A stretch of DNA of 64,000 nt from Amoebophrya sp. A120 (Eukaryota > Protista > Dinoflagellata): assembly GCA_905178155.1 (NCBI GenBank), contig CAJINV010000018.1, forward strand, positions 476,609-540,608, in the 5' to 3' direction. A model generated the notes under the pieces. That model was not told where the DNA came from and did no database searches. It saw only the letters and a program-made list of their open reading frames with translations. Within the stretch, counting starts at the first letter, position 1; every line of letters begins with the position of its first letter. A program made the translations under genes and the position numbers. Shown here piece by piece: positions 12,613-26,700 of the stretch.

Positions 12613-13461
12613 TGTGTGCGCTTCGAAGATGCTTCTAGAGACGTTGCTGATGGCGCGTTCTGTCTCGTCAAGAAAAATACTTATCGGGGAAGACTTATCT
12701 GTCTCGTCAAGAAAAATACTTATCTGTGGTCTCGTTAAGAAAAATACTTACCTGTGCTGTTCGTGAAAACAGGCGATCGATGGTGGTAGTGGTACAATTA
12801 CTTGCTTTACTAAACTAAGGCTATGGAGCAAAAGTCCAGCAACGTAGCACGAGTGTAGTAACCTGCAAAAGTATTTTGATGAAAGCCTTTCAGACGAGCG
12901 GCAGGATGTTGAGCATCAAAAAGCTCTTGTGTGTAGCAGAAAGATGAATTCGCTCGCGCTACTAGTATGCGATGATCGTTATGCGATGATCTTCGTCCAC
13001 CTCTGTTGAGCGTGAGCAGGTAAAACCGGCGCTTAGAAACACCGAGAGGATCATCTTCTTCTGCGGCAAGAAAGTCGCTTGCTGTGCAGTCAATTCTGAA
13101 GACCATCAAGACCAGACGAGGAACGTTGCCATTTCATTTCATTAAAGTATTTTCACTCGAGATGAAGTAGGTCTAGGTGAAGATCTCCCTGCAGAAGGTG
13201 CAATTGTGCATTTTCTCTTCGTCAGATGTAGCTCTAACTCGTTTTCATTTTTTAATCGTGGTCAGTGACTGGCGAACAAGTTAATTTACTTCTAAACGTG
13301 CATGACTGGCGACTTACTTCTAAACGAACAAGTTAATTTACTTCTAGTGACTGGCGACTTTACTTCTAAACGTGCATGTAGCAAGAGGATTTTTTTATCG
13401 TGGTGATCGTGCCTTTACTTCGTCTCTGGTTTGTTTGCCGCGGTCGTTCTTACAATGACCA

Positions 13462-13729
13462 TATCAAATGTAAAAGTGTCTGGGTCTGGAAGAGTGCAAG
13501 ATTTGTCATTGTCATGCACATTTTGCATGACCCATGATGTCTGTGATGCCTGCCCTAGAATCACAAATTTTTTGAGGGCTTTCTGATGCGTATCCTGCAT
13601 GACAAATGCCCTCTCCGTGTAGCACAAAATCGAATCCTCTTGCTAGTCATGCAACGCAGATTTTTTTAGAATCCGAAGACAGCATCAGAAGTTGCATCCT
13701 TCCAGACCCAGACATTTTTACAATCCATA
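13462..13729. mobile_element. Introner family A outside any clear CDS
   Basis: Family A TIRs, direct repeat GACCA. Confidence 0.9.
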
Positions 13730-14212
13730 GACCAGCCGCGCAAGATGTCCAGCGGTGTGGGCTTCTCCGAACCATCAAGTTATGCAAGAACAGCGCAAAT
13801 TCATTCGAGCCAAGCAACCCATTTCTCATGCAAAACCACCAGTATTACTTCGTCTTTCGACAACTATACACACAAAGTGCAATGAAAGCAAAACTGCATA
13901 AGACAAATGCAAATCGTTCTTGACTCTGACGACAAATAAATTTTGCGCTGTGATACCAGATTTGTATCCGTATCGGTCATTGTTACATCGTCCAGGCGCT
14001 TGACCTGAAGGGAAATTGTTTTTCGAGATTAGAAATCATGCGAAAGACTATTAAGCAGCCAATTCCTAGAAAATCATGCATCATGATCATACTTAGCTGC
14101 TGCATCTGGATCATCAACATGAACAAAAGTTACCGTTACATCTTCCATGAGCCACAGATCTCAGAAAAGAACATTTTCGAAAGCCCGTAAAAAACGTGTA
14201 GGCGTATCTGTG

Positions 14213-15932
14213 TTATACCACTTCACTCTTCGTTTTCACAATCGCCGGCGGCTTTTTCGTTTCCTCAGAGCAGTACATCGGGCCTGAAGTAGAGGAGGAA
14301 CTACTACCCTGCCCGATGACATCCGCGCCATAATTGCCAGCAGAACAAATGTTGACCGAGCTACCCGCACCACCACCACCAACAGTCAAATGGCACGACG
14401 ACGACCTAGAGGCAGGAGCTACAGCTGGTGCGTTATTTCCCACAATTTCCACCTTGCTCATCGTCCAGGGGTACCCCCGCCAATAGTCCAAGCTTTCCGT
14501 TTCCGGTTTCAACTCGTTGTCCTTGCCTCGGTACACCGACCGGACGTACACCCCGGCGGGCGGGTAAGAAATGATATCAGGCGCCGGTGTTTTATGTCGC
14601 CGGCCCCCGGACACTGGGTTTTCGTGAAACAACGAGGAATATTGAGAGGAAAAGTCCCCCCTTCCCATATCGAAAAGGCATCTTTCCGAAAATTTGCGCT
14701 GCTGATTTGAGGCCACAAATCACATCTGTCTTGCAAGAAGGCAAGGGCAGAAGCTTCCGCCCCATTATGGAAGCGATTTGTCATGCTGTTGGGCCTAAAA
14801 GTCAGCCGCTTGATGCAATGCTGAACTACTAGACCCATACGCCCCTAGCTAGCCTGGGGATCTGGTCGCAATGCCTTCCTGCAATACAAATCTGATTTGT
14901 GTACGCAAATCTAGCATCACAGATTTCCTTTTTGATATGGGGAGGGGGGATTTTTCCTTTTCATAAGGACGACGAGGCAGACGAGACCGAACCGGCAGTC
15001 GCCTGGTCCGAAGCATTCCCGTCGCGCATTTCACAGTCGCGGTCCTCCTGCTCAACAGCCATCATTGATGTTGGGGGTATGACGACATCACTGGAAGACA
15101 AGGGAGCTGTTCTTGCGGTCAACTGTGGTTGATGTAGTGGCCCTCCATGCAGATCTTCGCCACCACTAGTACCACCGGGTCTACTACAACTTCCAGTTCC
15201 ACCACCAAAATTTCTATTCGCAACGTCAATATCGACCCCACCCACCGCGGTCATGCTGAAGACTCGGCGCCGGTTCCCGCTTCTCTTTCCCTTGCTCGCC
15301 CCGTGGGAAGATGGACAGGAAACGCCATCCTGATCACAATTTTTTGTGCCCACCACTCCCTCTTTCCCGGTTTCATCGTTGCCGTGCGGCCCGAGCACAC
15401 GGTATTCCAGATGGAGTGAATCTTCCTTGCAAATTTCGATGAGTTGCGTCATCGTGAACCGATTGTTCGCCCCGGGGAGGGCTTTCCAGAAGACCCAGTT
15501 GCTGGTGTTTTCCTTGTGCTCCCTTTGCCGCATCTGGTACCGGAGGTACTTGGTAAGCAGTTTGCTCTCCTCGTACTTATCGAAATAGAGCTGCCCGCTA
15601 CTTGTTGCACTTCTCCCAGTGTTTCCCTTCCCACCGTGCTTCCCGTGGGCACGGCCGAAAGAGGAGGAGGAGCTACTGGCAGAACTTCCGGCGTAATTCC
15701 GCGTGCAGGAAAACCGCCCGAACCTGCCGCGGTTGAGGTTGTGATGGTAAGAGCCACTACTACTTCCGTGGAGGGAAGAGGAGTTTCCATGACGATCGCG
15801 GAAATGACTGGAGTGGTGGTCGGTTGCGTGGTGGTTGTCTGCTTTGTCGTTTTCCTTCCTCACCGGCATGCCCGCCCAATGGGGCCGTCGGTGGCTGTGG
15901 CTGCTTTGCTCGGCGGCCGTAATGGGCGGCAT
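14213..15932 (-). CDS. Low-complexity protein containing a degenerate Tpt1/KptA-like N-terminal lobe, 2 exons
   Basis: ORFs 14961-15932 and 14213-14716 join in frame (SSASSS-SLFHENP) after removing 14640-14965 plus 5 bp. The motif ESKLLTKYLRY..NWVFWKAL..FTMTQLIEICKED resembles the Tpt1 N-lobe, judged by eye only. Confidence 0.6.
14640..14965. mobile_element. Introner family H
   Basis: TIR TAT..AGGAAAA..CCCC(C)TCCCCATAT, direct repeat AGGAA/AGGAC. Confidence 0.88.
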
Positions 15933-17733
15933 GGCGAAATAATTACACGTTAGTCACCAGAGTAGAGGTTCTGCGCTTTTCGATTCAAGTTTGACAGACG
16001 TTTGATTTTTGAACATCAATCGGCTCGTTGAATTTTTACATTATACTGCGAAAAATGGCGAGTGCTGTGGTGATCATGTTGATCTTCTACCATATGAAAC
16101 AAAACTGCACTACGCTTACGAGGACTTCTTTCTTCATCAGTTTCTTTATTCTTCCGGTACGCAAGTCTTTCTGGCTTTCTTGTCCGTTGCAGCAGAAGTG
16201 CATCTATTTTTCTGTCCTTTATTTTTCGCCTGTTAGCAGGACCACAGCCAAACAACATCATTCCACGGGAGCCGCAAAAATCATCCACGTACCGCTGCTT
16301 CTCGTCATGCGTATCAGATACTTCTATCTGATGACGCGTCCTTTAAAAACTGCTGTGAAAGAACAGGATCGATCGTCCTCATCTGACAACAACCACCAAT
16401 CAAGAATAAAGAGCAAAGACTTGATGTAGACACGCAAGAAAGATCTTTTTTCCTCGTCCTCCTGCCTAGCAGTTCTGCCCTTCTAGATCCTTCAGAGTCT
16501 CTGATGTGTTTCAATGTCAGATTCCCTTTCATGTAATTGTCCCGAAAGGGAAGATGCGCCTCTGGGCGTGATTGGTAGGACAAACACGGTGTTTCAGTAT
16601 TCTAAACTTGTTTCCGCAAATAAAACATCGTAGAACAGCAGGAACATTCGAGGCATATTAATCTCGGTTAAGCTCTATTACATCTTGGTGCGATCTGAAG
16701 CTTGGCGCGATCTGAAAGTGTTCCAAACCACATTTTTAAAGCCGTTATCTCATCTTCGTACTTCTAGTCCGGTAGGACGAGCGAAGTCGGACGAACGCAC
16801 AGGTCTCAGTCTCGCTTCGAGCTCATGACTCGGGCGTGCGCCAAAAAAGCAACTGGGCACGACGGAAACAAACCAACACCAGAGCAGTTGGTAACTGTCA
16901 GATGAATCATTCTCGTCCGCTAATGAATTGCATCATTTCATCTCGTGGTCTTTGCTTCGAAAGACGCCAGACTTTGATGCAACAAGGACAGAAAAAATGG
17001 TACATAGAGCCCAGACTTTGCTGGCGAGAGCGGTTAGATTCTTAGTTATTCGCACAACTACTTCCTGGTATCACATGAACATGCATTCTCTTGTTCCCAG
17101 GAAAAGAAAAAAGTAACAGAGCACAGAGAATGACGTACCCTAGCTAAACCAAAATTTAAACAAACTCGGTGAAGAATTACTTATTGCTTGTTTGTTTGTA
17201 TCATTGGACTTGTGGCATCCGGTTGAAGGTTTTGTCTTCTTCTCACGATTCTAGCGCTACTTAGTGAAGCAATTTCAATTATGATTTGTGATTCATTTTT
17301 GTCTTGAAGCAAAAGAAAATTCGGTTGTGATTGATAAGTCGCTTGTCATCAAATTGAAAGGAACAATGCTACCTATCGCTATTCATTGTTTGTTTGTTTG
17401 TTTTAGGTGGATACGCGGAATCCTTTTGAAGATCGTCTCTTCTCTCGTGTGGTTCTAGCGCTCTTTTGTCATTTAATCAAATGAATATGCATATACTAGA
17501 AATCTAAAAAATATCTAGCTCTACATTTTTGAAAAAAAAACTACTTATTCGCTTTCCCAGTGTGAAAACATAGGGGCTACTCGAAGAAGGGGGGCACCAC
17601 TCTGTTCCAAAAAAATACAAGTTGAGCTAGTACTTACTGATGAACAAGATTTCAATTTTACGAATACCAAAAAAAAGTACAGACGCCAAATATGTGATTG
17701 AAAAAAAATTAAATCCTCGCAAAGGCGCAGCTT

Positions 17734-20700
17734 CTACTTTGTCCAGAAGATGATCGCCGTCCCCCGCTGCCTCCAGACCGCCTCTTCTCCGAGGCCCTTC
17801 AGCTTAAACGAGCTTGTCACCAACTGCGTGCGCGTGCTGTTGAGGTATACAGGCACCTGCCAGAACCCCGCTTGTTGAAGAGCTACGCCACTTCCCAATG
17901 CAGCCCCTTTCGTCTGCTCACTCTGCAGGACCCACTTCAGCAGTAACGGCGGCATTTCGCAGGACAGCTCGTCGCAGATTTCCAAGCACTTTGCCCGCTT
18001 GTTGACCGTGGCGCCCTCCAACGTGCAACCAGTGAGAAGCCAGCCGGTGTCGGCACTGGAGGGTTTGGATATGACAGGGCACAACTCCCCCTCCCCCTCA
18101 TTTGTCATGCAAAATCCCAAATCCAGGCGCTGCCTTGTGGCACTGTTTGCATGACAAATAATTCCGGAAGTAGAACAAATAGTACTACATTAGGAACACA
18201 AATTTGTCATGCACAGGCTCCATCTGTGCTGGTGTTTGTATTGCTGTTCATGCCATACAAGTGAGGGGCAGGGGGAGTTGTGCACTGTCATATTGGAAGC
18301 GGTGAAGCTTTGCTCGGAATCCGTGAAGATTTTAACAACCGGCTATGAAAGCCTCAGAATGGAAATCCTCAGCGTGTAAATAATTTGTGATGCATGAAAT
18401 GCGACGCAAAATAGAATGTATTGCACAGGACGCAATGGAGGCCGACTATTGTCCTTCTACGGGTTAAGAATTGGAGTGCTGATTAGCACGAGAGAAGGGC
18501 ACCCCTTTGCGTTAACCAGCATGACAGACATGCTTTGAGTGCCCGGGAAATTTTTCATGCGCAGCCTAGAAGTGGCGCTTCGACTGGAGTGCTTTTCTGC
18601 ATTACAAACTATTTCCACTTTGAGGATTTCCAACCTGAGGCTTTTATACCGGCTTGAGCTCCTCTAGGCTCCACTTGTTCTTCTGCGCCACGGCCTGCCG
18701 TATGCATTGCAAATATGTCTGGGTCTGGAAGAATACAACTTGTGATGCTGCATTTGGATTCCGAAAAAATCTGTATTGCAGGAAGAGCAAAAGTTTCGCA
18801 TTCCTCCTATGCGGAGGGGGCATCGCATTTCTCATGCAGCATGGGCATCAGAAAGCCGTCGCAATATCTGTGATGCTAGGGCATGCATCACAGACATCGC
18901 CGGCGATGCAAAATGCGCATGACAAACTTCCAGACCCAGACATATTTGCAATCCATATGCCGCGTTGCGGTCAGAAACGCCTCCGGGAACATGAGAAGGC
19001 CGACCGCGAGGGAGATGTTGATGAAGGATCCATTGTTACCCGTCGTCAGCTTCACAAGCTGCTGGACCCTGTGATTTCAGTTTGTCATGCGAAGTCGCGA
19101 TGTGAAAGTGAATCGTACCTACGTACAAAGTTTTCCATGCAAAGAAATAAACGAGACCCTACACAGTAGCACGGGAAAAGGAAAAGCCGTGCTTGATATT
19201 ATCTGTACCTATGATTGAAATCGAACACCCACTCAATGCTGCTCAGTGTCTGGACGATCGGGTACGCCTTCAGCCAGTAATCCGGTGGTAAATCCTATGG
19301 AAGTGTCAGGATTGAAATCAATAAAGTTGAAATAATCTGTGATGCACAAAATGCAAGGCACGAAAAGGCTGTCTTGCAGGGATTGCAAGTGAGGCCGATT
19401 GTGAGCCTGTTTCGAGGTTGGGATAGAGCTGCTAAAGTGGCATGACAAAGGATGCCCTCTTTCGCTAAACAGCATGACAAACTGGATTTTGACGGTGCCG
19501 AAATTTGTCATGCACCGCTTAGAAATTGGGCTTCTAACAACTGGTATCGATTTTATGCATCACAAATTTTTCAACTTTGACGATTTCAAACCGGACGCTT
19601 CCATAAATCCAAGTTTAGTTGCAGCGCGATCGCCCGCAACTCGTTCGTCATGCGCGCGTTTCCGTCGCACACTTCTTTCAGGGACGATAAGTCCGCATGT
19701 ATTCTCGCAAGCAGCTGCTGGGCCACCGCGATCTCCCGGTGGAAGCACCGCCACATCGGGTCCGATTCGTCGAAAGCGGCTGTGTTTATGTGCTCCAGCG
19801 CGTCCGGCTGGGGCAGGCCGGAGGAGATGGAGTCCAGTTTCGTGGTCAGATCTGTCAGCCAGTTGCTCATACCGGAGACTTTTTTCCGGTCTTGACCCGC
19901 CGCCGATTTATTCGCTGTCATATCCTCCTTCTTATCCAAATCATCCTGCGCCGCAGTACTGCTGCTGTCCTCCACAGATTGCAAATTCAACCAATTGGAC
20001 AAAGTGTTCATGCCCGCTAGGCTTCGCAGCATCTTCTCAGCCTGCGCGGACAGCCCCAGCCAGGCCGGCGACCCTTTCGCATCCAACATTTCGACCCACT
20101 TTTCGTAGTCGTTGAGTTTCCGCGCGTTTTCCGGGGATTTCAAGGGGACTTTCTCGTCCCGGTTTAAAAGTGACCCTCTGCGATAGACGTCGGCGTTGAA
20201 CAGTTGCTCCACGAAAGTTTTCAGAAGTTCCTTGTCGAAGTCGTTATCTATTCTACCCCCGTAAACCACCTGCACTATAATGTGCTGCAGCGCCGCCCAG
20301 GGGATCGAATTCGGGTCCAAGTTGGTCGGAAAAGAAGCTGTAGTACTGGAGCCGCCGCACGCTCTCTTGATCCAGGTGTCCACAATCGTCAGACCGCAGG
20401 TGAAGTCCGCATCGGAAAACTCGTATCGTTTTGTCCACCCGATGGGGGAGTATCGGACTCTTTCCAGCACGATCGCGTGCAGTATCGCCAAGTTGAAATG
20501 CAATCTACACCGCTCCACCGGGGGATTGTCGCAATTCGCAGAGACGAGTGGTCCCGCGAAGGATCGTTGCAAAGATGCCTTCAGCCCAGCGGGGGGCTCA
20601 AACACGTAGACCCTCGATTGCCGCATCAAGTTCGCTGGAAGCTTCGGATTAAATTCCATGCAAAGGAACAGCCGGTAATTCTCGTTCGCGGACGCCGCTA

Positions 20701-23700
20701 TTGTGCCGATCCGCTTCTCCAGATTCTTCAGCCAGTCGATGGCCAAATGCACATTTTTCAAGATCACCCACTGCCCCATCTTCGCGCCCGTCGCTATCAT
20801 TTTGTCCGCCAGGTCAAACCCCTCGCGACTCCCCATGGCCATCGAGACGATTTTGGTTTTTTTCAAGGTCGCCAAGTTCACGATCTGCGAGCTCGGATCG
20901 AAGCCGGGCTGCGAAACCATCATCATCGGACGATTTGTTCCACCCTTCTGCTGGAGTTTATCCTGAGAAAAAAATCCACCATCGATCCCCATGATCTATT
21001 TTTTGTATGACAAACAGTGGGAGTGGACTTCCTTGATGCATGTCTTGCATGACAAATTGGAAGATGCGGATAGGTGTTTTTTTTGGATAAAGTTCCATCT
21101 GCTTCTCCAAATCGAACGGTGGGATGAAGAGGAACTCCTTGCCCATGATGTCGTTCGTCAGATTCGTCAACATGGCCGGGAGTCTGTCGTTTGCCAGTGC
21201 TTTTATCAAATGCAAAAGTGTCTGGGTCTGGAAGAGTGCCAGACTTGTCATGCAGGTTTTCCATGACCCATGCGGTCTGGTATGTAGGACATAGCATGAC
21301 AGATTTGGTGAGAGTTCTATCATGCCTATCCTCCATGAGAAACTGCCTTTCGATTAGGTCAAAAGTGGACAGGAGCTTTTGGTAATCATGCAACACAGAT
21401 TTTTGCATGATTCAGATTTAGCATGACAAGTTGCATTCTTGTTCCAGACCCAGACACTTTTGCATTTGATAGCTTTCACGAGCAAGCAGTTGTACAGCTT
21501 CTCGTTCAAGTCCGCCGAATCCTGCGAAGAATTCATCGTCCCTTGCGGCGGCGAAAACCAGCCGGACGGCGGGTTTATTTGCTGCCCACCCGGAGCTGCG
21601 CTGTTGGTATCGCCGGAGGACTGGAGAAATTGCTGCCACGCGCTCGCGTTACTGATCATGTGGTCGGGCAGGCCGTAGAAGCCGGGCAAGAGAAACAAGC
21701 TCTCCATGGCTTTCAACTGTGCGTTACTCAGGTAGTTGATGCTGCCCATGGCCTTCCGCCGCGCCCGCTCTGCGTCTTTGGGGAGGTTGGTGATCAAACC
21801 GCCCTTCATGAGCAAGTTCACCGCCTGCTTTATGGCGTTCTCAACTGTTACATTCTCAACTGCTACATGGATTTGTGATGCAAGAATGGCGAAAGTGAAA
21901 GGGGTCACCTTGCGCGTCTTGCATGACAGATCTGGCAAAGATTCTCAGCCTGTTTGGCTCTTCGAGAATTTGTCATGCGAAGCAGCTTGATCGTGTCGAT
22001 TCTCATTGTGATTTTGCATTGCAAATCATGTAACAGTTGAGAATGTAACATTTGAGAACGCCATATGCTTCTCGAGCTCAAGACCGTCCATGTCCGCGCG
22101 GACCTGATTTTGTGTTCTAATCTTATGCCGGAACTTTGTCATGCGAGAGCCGGAAGCAGCATTGCGCTGTTTTATTTTCATGCGCGTCTCGTCCGGTCGC
22201 CACTAATTCTACTTTCACCAGGAGCTCCACTGTACGCTATACAAAAGTCCCTTTGCGGGGGTGCGGGTGTTGTTCCCAGGATTCGACCGTTGGCGGACCA
22301 CGGGCCTGCCGTCTGCTGTTTCAGTGACTCACTCGGGAACCTCCTTACTAGCAGGCAGAGTTTGATGGCAGCGGTGTCTTCCCGAGGCTGGGAGCGCATT
22401 TTCTGGTCAAGGGTGCGCTTCCCTGGTGCGCCGCAGCCGTGTTTCGCACACAGCCGCGTTTTTTCACGCTCTTTACATCACTGGCCCTGCCTCTGGGCAA
22501 GTGCAGCCGGTGTGCCGACGACTGCAATGATTCTCTCAGTCATGCGCGCGGCGCCAGACAAAAAACGGATGCAAAAAATAGTTGCGCGTTACAGGATTCG
22601 AACCTGTGTCCCCCAGCCGCTCGCCTAGGTCGAGAGCGGTTGCCTTCCGCTAGGTTGGTGAGTTTCCACCTACTCCCTGAGGTTCCCAAGCCCCTTTGGT
22701 GCCAGGCGGGGCTACTTCCCGAAGGCACCCTTAGTACTCAACGTTATCCCAGCTGGCGCACCAGCCCCGTGATGGATCGATCCCGGAGGTAGACTTTCGC
22801 CTCAGAACCTCTGGAGAGTTCGGCCGGGTGCATTTCCAGTTATGCTATCCGCGCGATTAAGAAGATACGGGAAAGGAAAAGGTCCCTACGCCAGAATAGC
22901 TGTGCTAAACACAATGATTCGGGCAAAAGACGAGAAAGAGGCTCGGGCAACAGAGTTTTTTTAGGCTTTAGTACTACGCCCGCAAAAATTGCACCGAAAA
23001 TGTGAATAATAAATACTCGAAGAATTATTGGGTAACTTTACAACTCAGATGCAACTATTTGATTATGTACTTCAGTACCTGCCCCAACCGCAGCGCTAAG
23101 GCCAGTCTATCTCCCGCCAACATTCCGGGACAGATGTAAGTGTAGAGGGTGCGAAAAAACAAGTTTTCGATGAAATTCCGCCTTCTCTGAAAGTCCTTGC
23201 CGAGTTTCGCGATCGCAGGGTCCGTGATGCTGACCCGGAAAATCTCGAAAAAGAAGTCCAGTGAGTATTGGTACAGGAAGTTGATACTGCCTAGAGATTC
23301 GAGAGAAAAGTAGGCTCTTGTTGCGGCAATCGCTAAACTGGTGTACTCAGCTGAAGTTCTGCTCACCTTCTCCATCGTTTCGTCAATCTTCGTGAACTGT
23401 TCCTTCAGCTCGGCCGACTCTGCTTTTATCTTCTCCATCGTGGTGATCACATTTTGATCTTCCAAAATCGACCCCTCCACGTTCGCTAGGGCGGCTAACA
23501 GCCCGTCTTCCATCGCGCGCATCTTCACTTTGAATTCTCCCTGGAGCACCAGCGCCTCGTGCCGCTGCTGGTCCACGTCGGGCCGTTCTTGCCGGAGCAC
23601 CATGTTTAGCGTTTGCGATTGTAAGCTGGCTGGTGTGATCGTGAAGTTGCAGAAGGACATATCCTGAGTAAAAGCGTCCCCATAGTACCAGTGCCAAGAT

Positions 23701-26700
23701 GGAAAATCTGCTAGACAAATCAGGCAGCTTTGGTTGTTTCGCATGACAAGTCCTCTGTCCTCGTAGTGTAATCCTGTTTGGCTAGTTCAGAAGCATCACA
23801 GATCTAGCATATCATGCTATTTCTAGCATCACAAATCCCAAACCACGACTAGAAAAAACTTTTCATGTGGCTTCGCATGAGACACTTTTTTGGCATGCAG
23901 ATTTGCATGACAAGAACTCTGGGGTGGGGATGTTTTTACTCAGAATAGGACACCCTCGAGCACAAATCCGGGGTAAACACCGCGCCCGCGTCCCGTGTCG
24001 ACAAGAAAATCTCAAAACTGGGCGAGAAATCCACCTCCTGGTCCCCCATGGTGATCATGGTTCTCCCCCCCTTCTTGTGCGTTTCCTTGTTCAAAATTCC
24101 GTTCAAAACCGGATCAAGTTTCTCCACGTCGGTCAACAAGATCGGCGTCCCGAACCGCACGCCCGATTCCAGAATCTTGTAGAACTTCGGATCCAAGAAG
24201 CTGGTTACGTGGATGTCCTTTTTGCTGTACTCCTGTTTCAGCCACTGCAGGGCTTGGCCACTTGGGTCTAAGATCAGCGGGTACCTTTGATAATTGTAAA
24301 TTATCACCGCGTTTTCCACACAGAGCTCATCATCGGGTAGCCCATTCGACACCCAGTTGAAGCGGTCTGCGGTGGTGGCCAGATAGTCCGTGATCGACAA
24401 AGATTTGGAGAATTTTATGCCCCGCTCCTCCGCTAAGAAACTTTCCCACTTTTTCAGCACCAAGTTCCTCGCGTACATGTCGAAAAATCCGATGTACGCG
24501 AGGAAACCGCCTGAAAGTAAGGTGTCTCCGTGCAGATTTAGCAATTGTTGGTCGAATTCCGCGGTGGACTCGGACCACCGCTGCTTCTCCCCAGATAAAT
24601 CGGTGATCAATTTTTCCGCCCGACTGGCGTTCTGCACGACGGATTCCATCTGCTGTTTCAGTTTCTCGACTGCCGCGACTAGTTGCGCGTATTCCTGCTT
24701 ATACGCGTTCAGTTTTTGCTCCAGCGACTCCACAACCTTCTGATTTTCGTCGATGTTTTTCTGCGACTGCTCCGCTTCCAGCTCCAAATCCGCTAGCTCC
24801 TTTCGTAATTATTGCAAGGAAAAACCCCACCTGCGCCTCCCCATATTGAAAGCGCATCCCACTGAAAGTTTGTGATGCGGATCTGTGACCACAAAGCGCG
24901 CCCGTCTTGCAGGGAGCCAAGTGCACGCGGTCCGCCACGTTCTGCCGACGAATTGTAATGCTGTAAGGACTACAGGGCAGCCGTGTACCATGCTAGGCGC
25001 CTACAGCAATAAAGGGCCCCTACCTAGGCTTGCGATCTGCGCACAGTGCTCCACTGCAAGACAAATCTGATTTGTGTACACAAATCCAGCATCACAGATT
25101 TCCTTTTCGATATGGGGAGGAGGAATTTTTCCTTTTGGTAGTAACGGCCCGATGTTCTGCAAAATGCCCGAGTACTTCAGCTGCGCCTCGACCCAAATAC
25201 CTAAGGGTCCCGCCGCTTTGCTCGCCCGGGCAATTTTTTGCGTGTCCCAGTCGGAGGATTTGGTTAGCTTCTCCGCGAACGCACGGGATCCGTCCGTGAT
25301 CGATTTTGAATCAAATGCGGTGACATTAGCGATCAGGCGCACGTCCTTCATTTCCTTGCGCGCCGCGTCCCAAGTCACGTCCCCCTCCACGTGCTTCAAC
25401 AAGATCACGAGTCCACGACACGCGATTTGGATCCCCATGGGCGCGTGTTGTATCCCGTGTAAAAACGTCCAGAGTCAGCCTGGGGATTTTGCAACACAAA
25501 CCTAGAAGTTTTGGGACTCACGCATCAGAAGTTGCAGCCCGTAGTGTAGTGCAGGTTAGCAAGGACAAACGTGGATCACAAATCCGTCTGCTTATCCTGG
25601 TTAATACAGCATTACAAATTCCAAAACACGAATAGAAACGCCTCTCATCGGGATGCACATTACAAATGTTCCTGTCATTGCAAATCTGCATCACAACTCT
25701 GGGGTGGGGATGTTTTTACAAATGATATGTTGGCCCATCTGTTATCCCACAAAAAAACTGTTTCACTGTGGTGATTTTGCAAGATCTGCATCACAAGTTT
25801 GTTACACATGACTCTGAAAATTTGTCATGCGCGCTTCCCAAGGGAAAACACGCCTGAAAATCCAATGCCTTGCAGGTGTAGCAAGACAAATAGTTCTGTG
25901 TTCCATTTTCTGCATCACAAGTTCACAGTGAAACAGTTTTTTCTTGCGATATTTGTTTCAGTTCATTCAAAGCGGAGGAGCTGATGTATGGATGTGTCAG
26001 AGTTGAAATCGACAAAGTTGAAATAATTTGTCATGCATAAAATGGATGCCAGTTGGAACCCAGTTTCCAATTGGCGCATGACAAATTTCGGCGGTCCCTA
26101 AATCTAAGGGCGCGCAGCCCACTAGCAGCAGACCGGGGCTCGAACGAAAAAACATTTTGCCCTGAAAATTTTAAAAAAATTTGATTTCTGTGCGCCGGTT
26201 CGAGAAGGCGGCTTTGGGGCGGTGTCCAGGATGCACAACTGCGACAGCGGACTTGCGCTGCATGTCCGGGAACAAGATGTGGCGTGCACATCTCTCGCCG
26301 AGCCCTGTCCGGGGAGTCGGTTTAAAATAGAAAAAAGAAGCGACCTGCGAAGCGCTTTGGCTGCCGATCTCGTGTTGATTCCAAAATAAACAAAAAGCGA
26401 CCTCCGAAGGGGCTTCGGAATCTACTACAGGTCACGCGGTTCCAAAAACCAGACCAAGAGTCGCGCCGCCGATGCCGCACGCTGCGGGCACCGCGCTCTG
26501 TAATCTAGAAAATTTTCTCCTGTGGCGGCAGGTCGGGGATGATCAGTCTCGGAAATACTCCTCCGGAATGCCATTTCGAAATGAATTCTAAAAGAAATCG
26601 ACTCCGAAAAGGCATTCCAACCACCCATTCCGACAGGGCATGTCGAAAAGGCATTCCGAAAAGGCATTCCGAAATGGCATTCCGAAAAGGCATTTCGAAA

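Noticed and set aside
12660-13380. Short tandem and scrambled repeats (TGTCTCGTCAAGAAAAATACTTA, TTACTTCTAAACG)
   Set aside because: Consistent with local slippage; no further structure.
22583-22854. Ordinary tRNA-Phe (GAA) with a standard intron
   Set aside because: C33 and C37, a mismatched acceptor stem and an extended stem are atypical. It is reported as a tRNA-like RNA instead.
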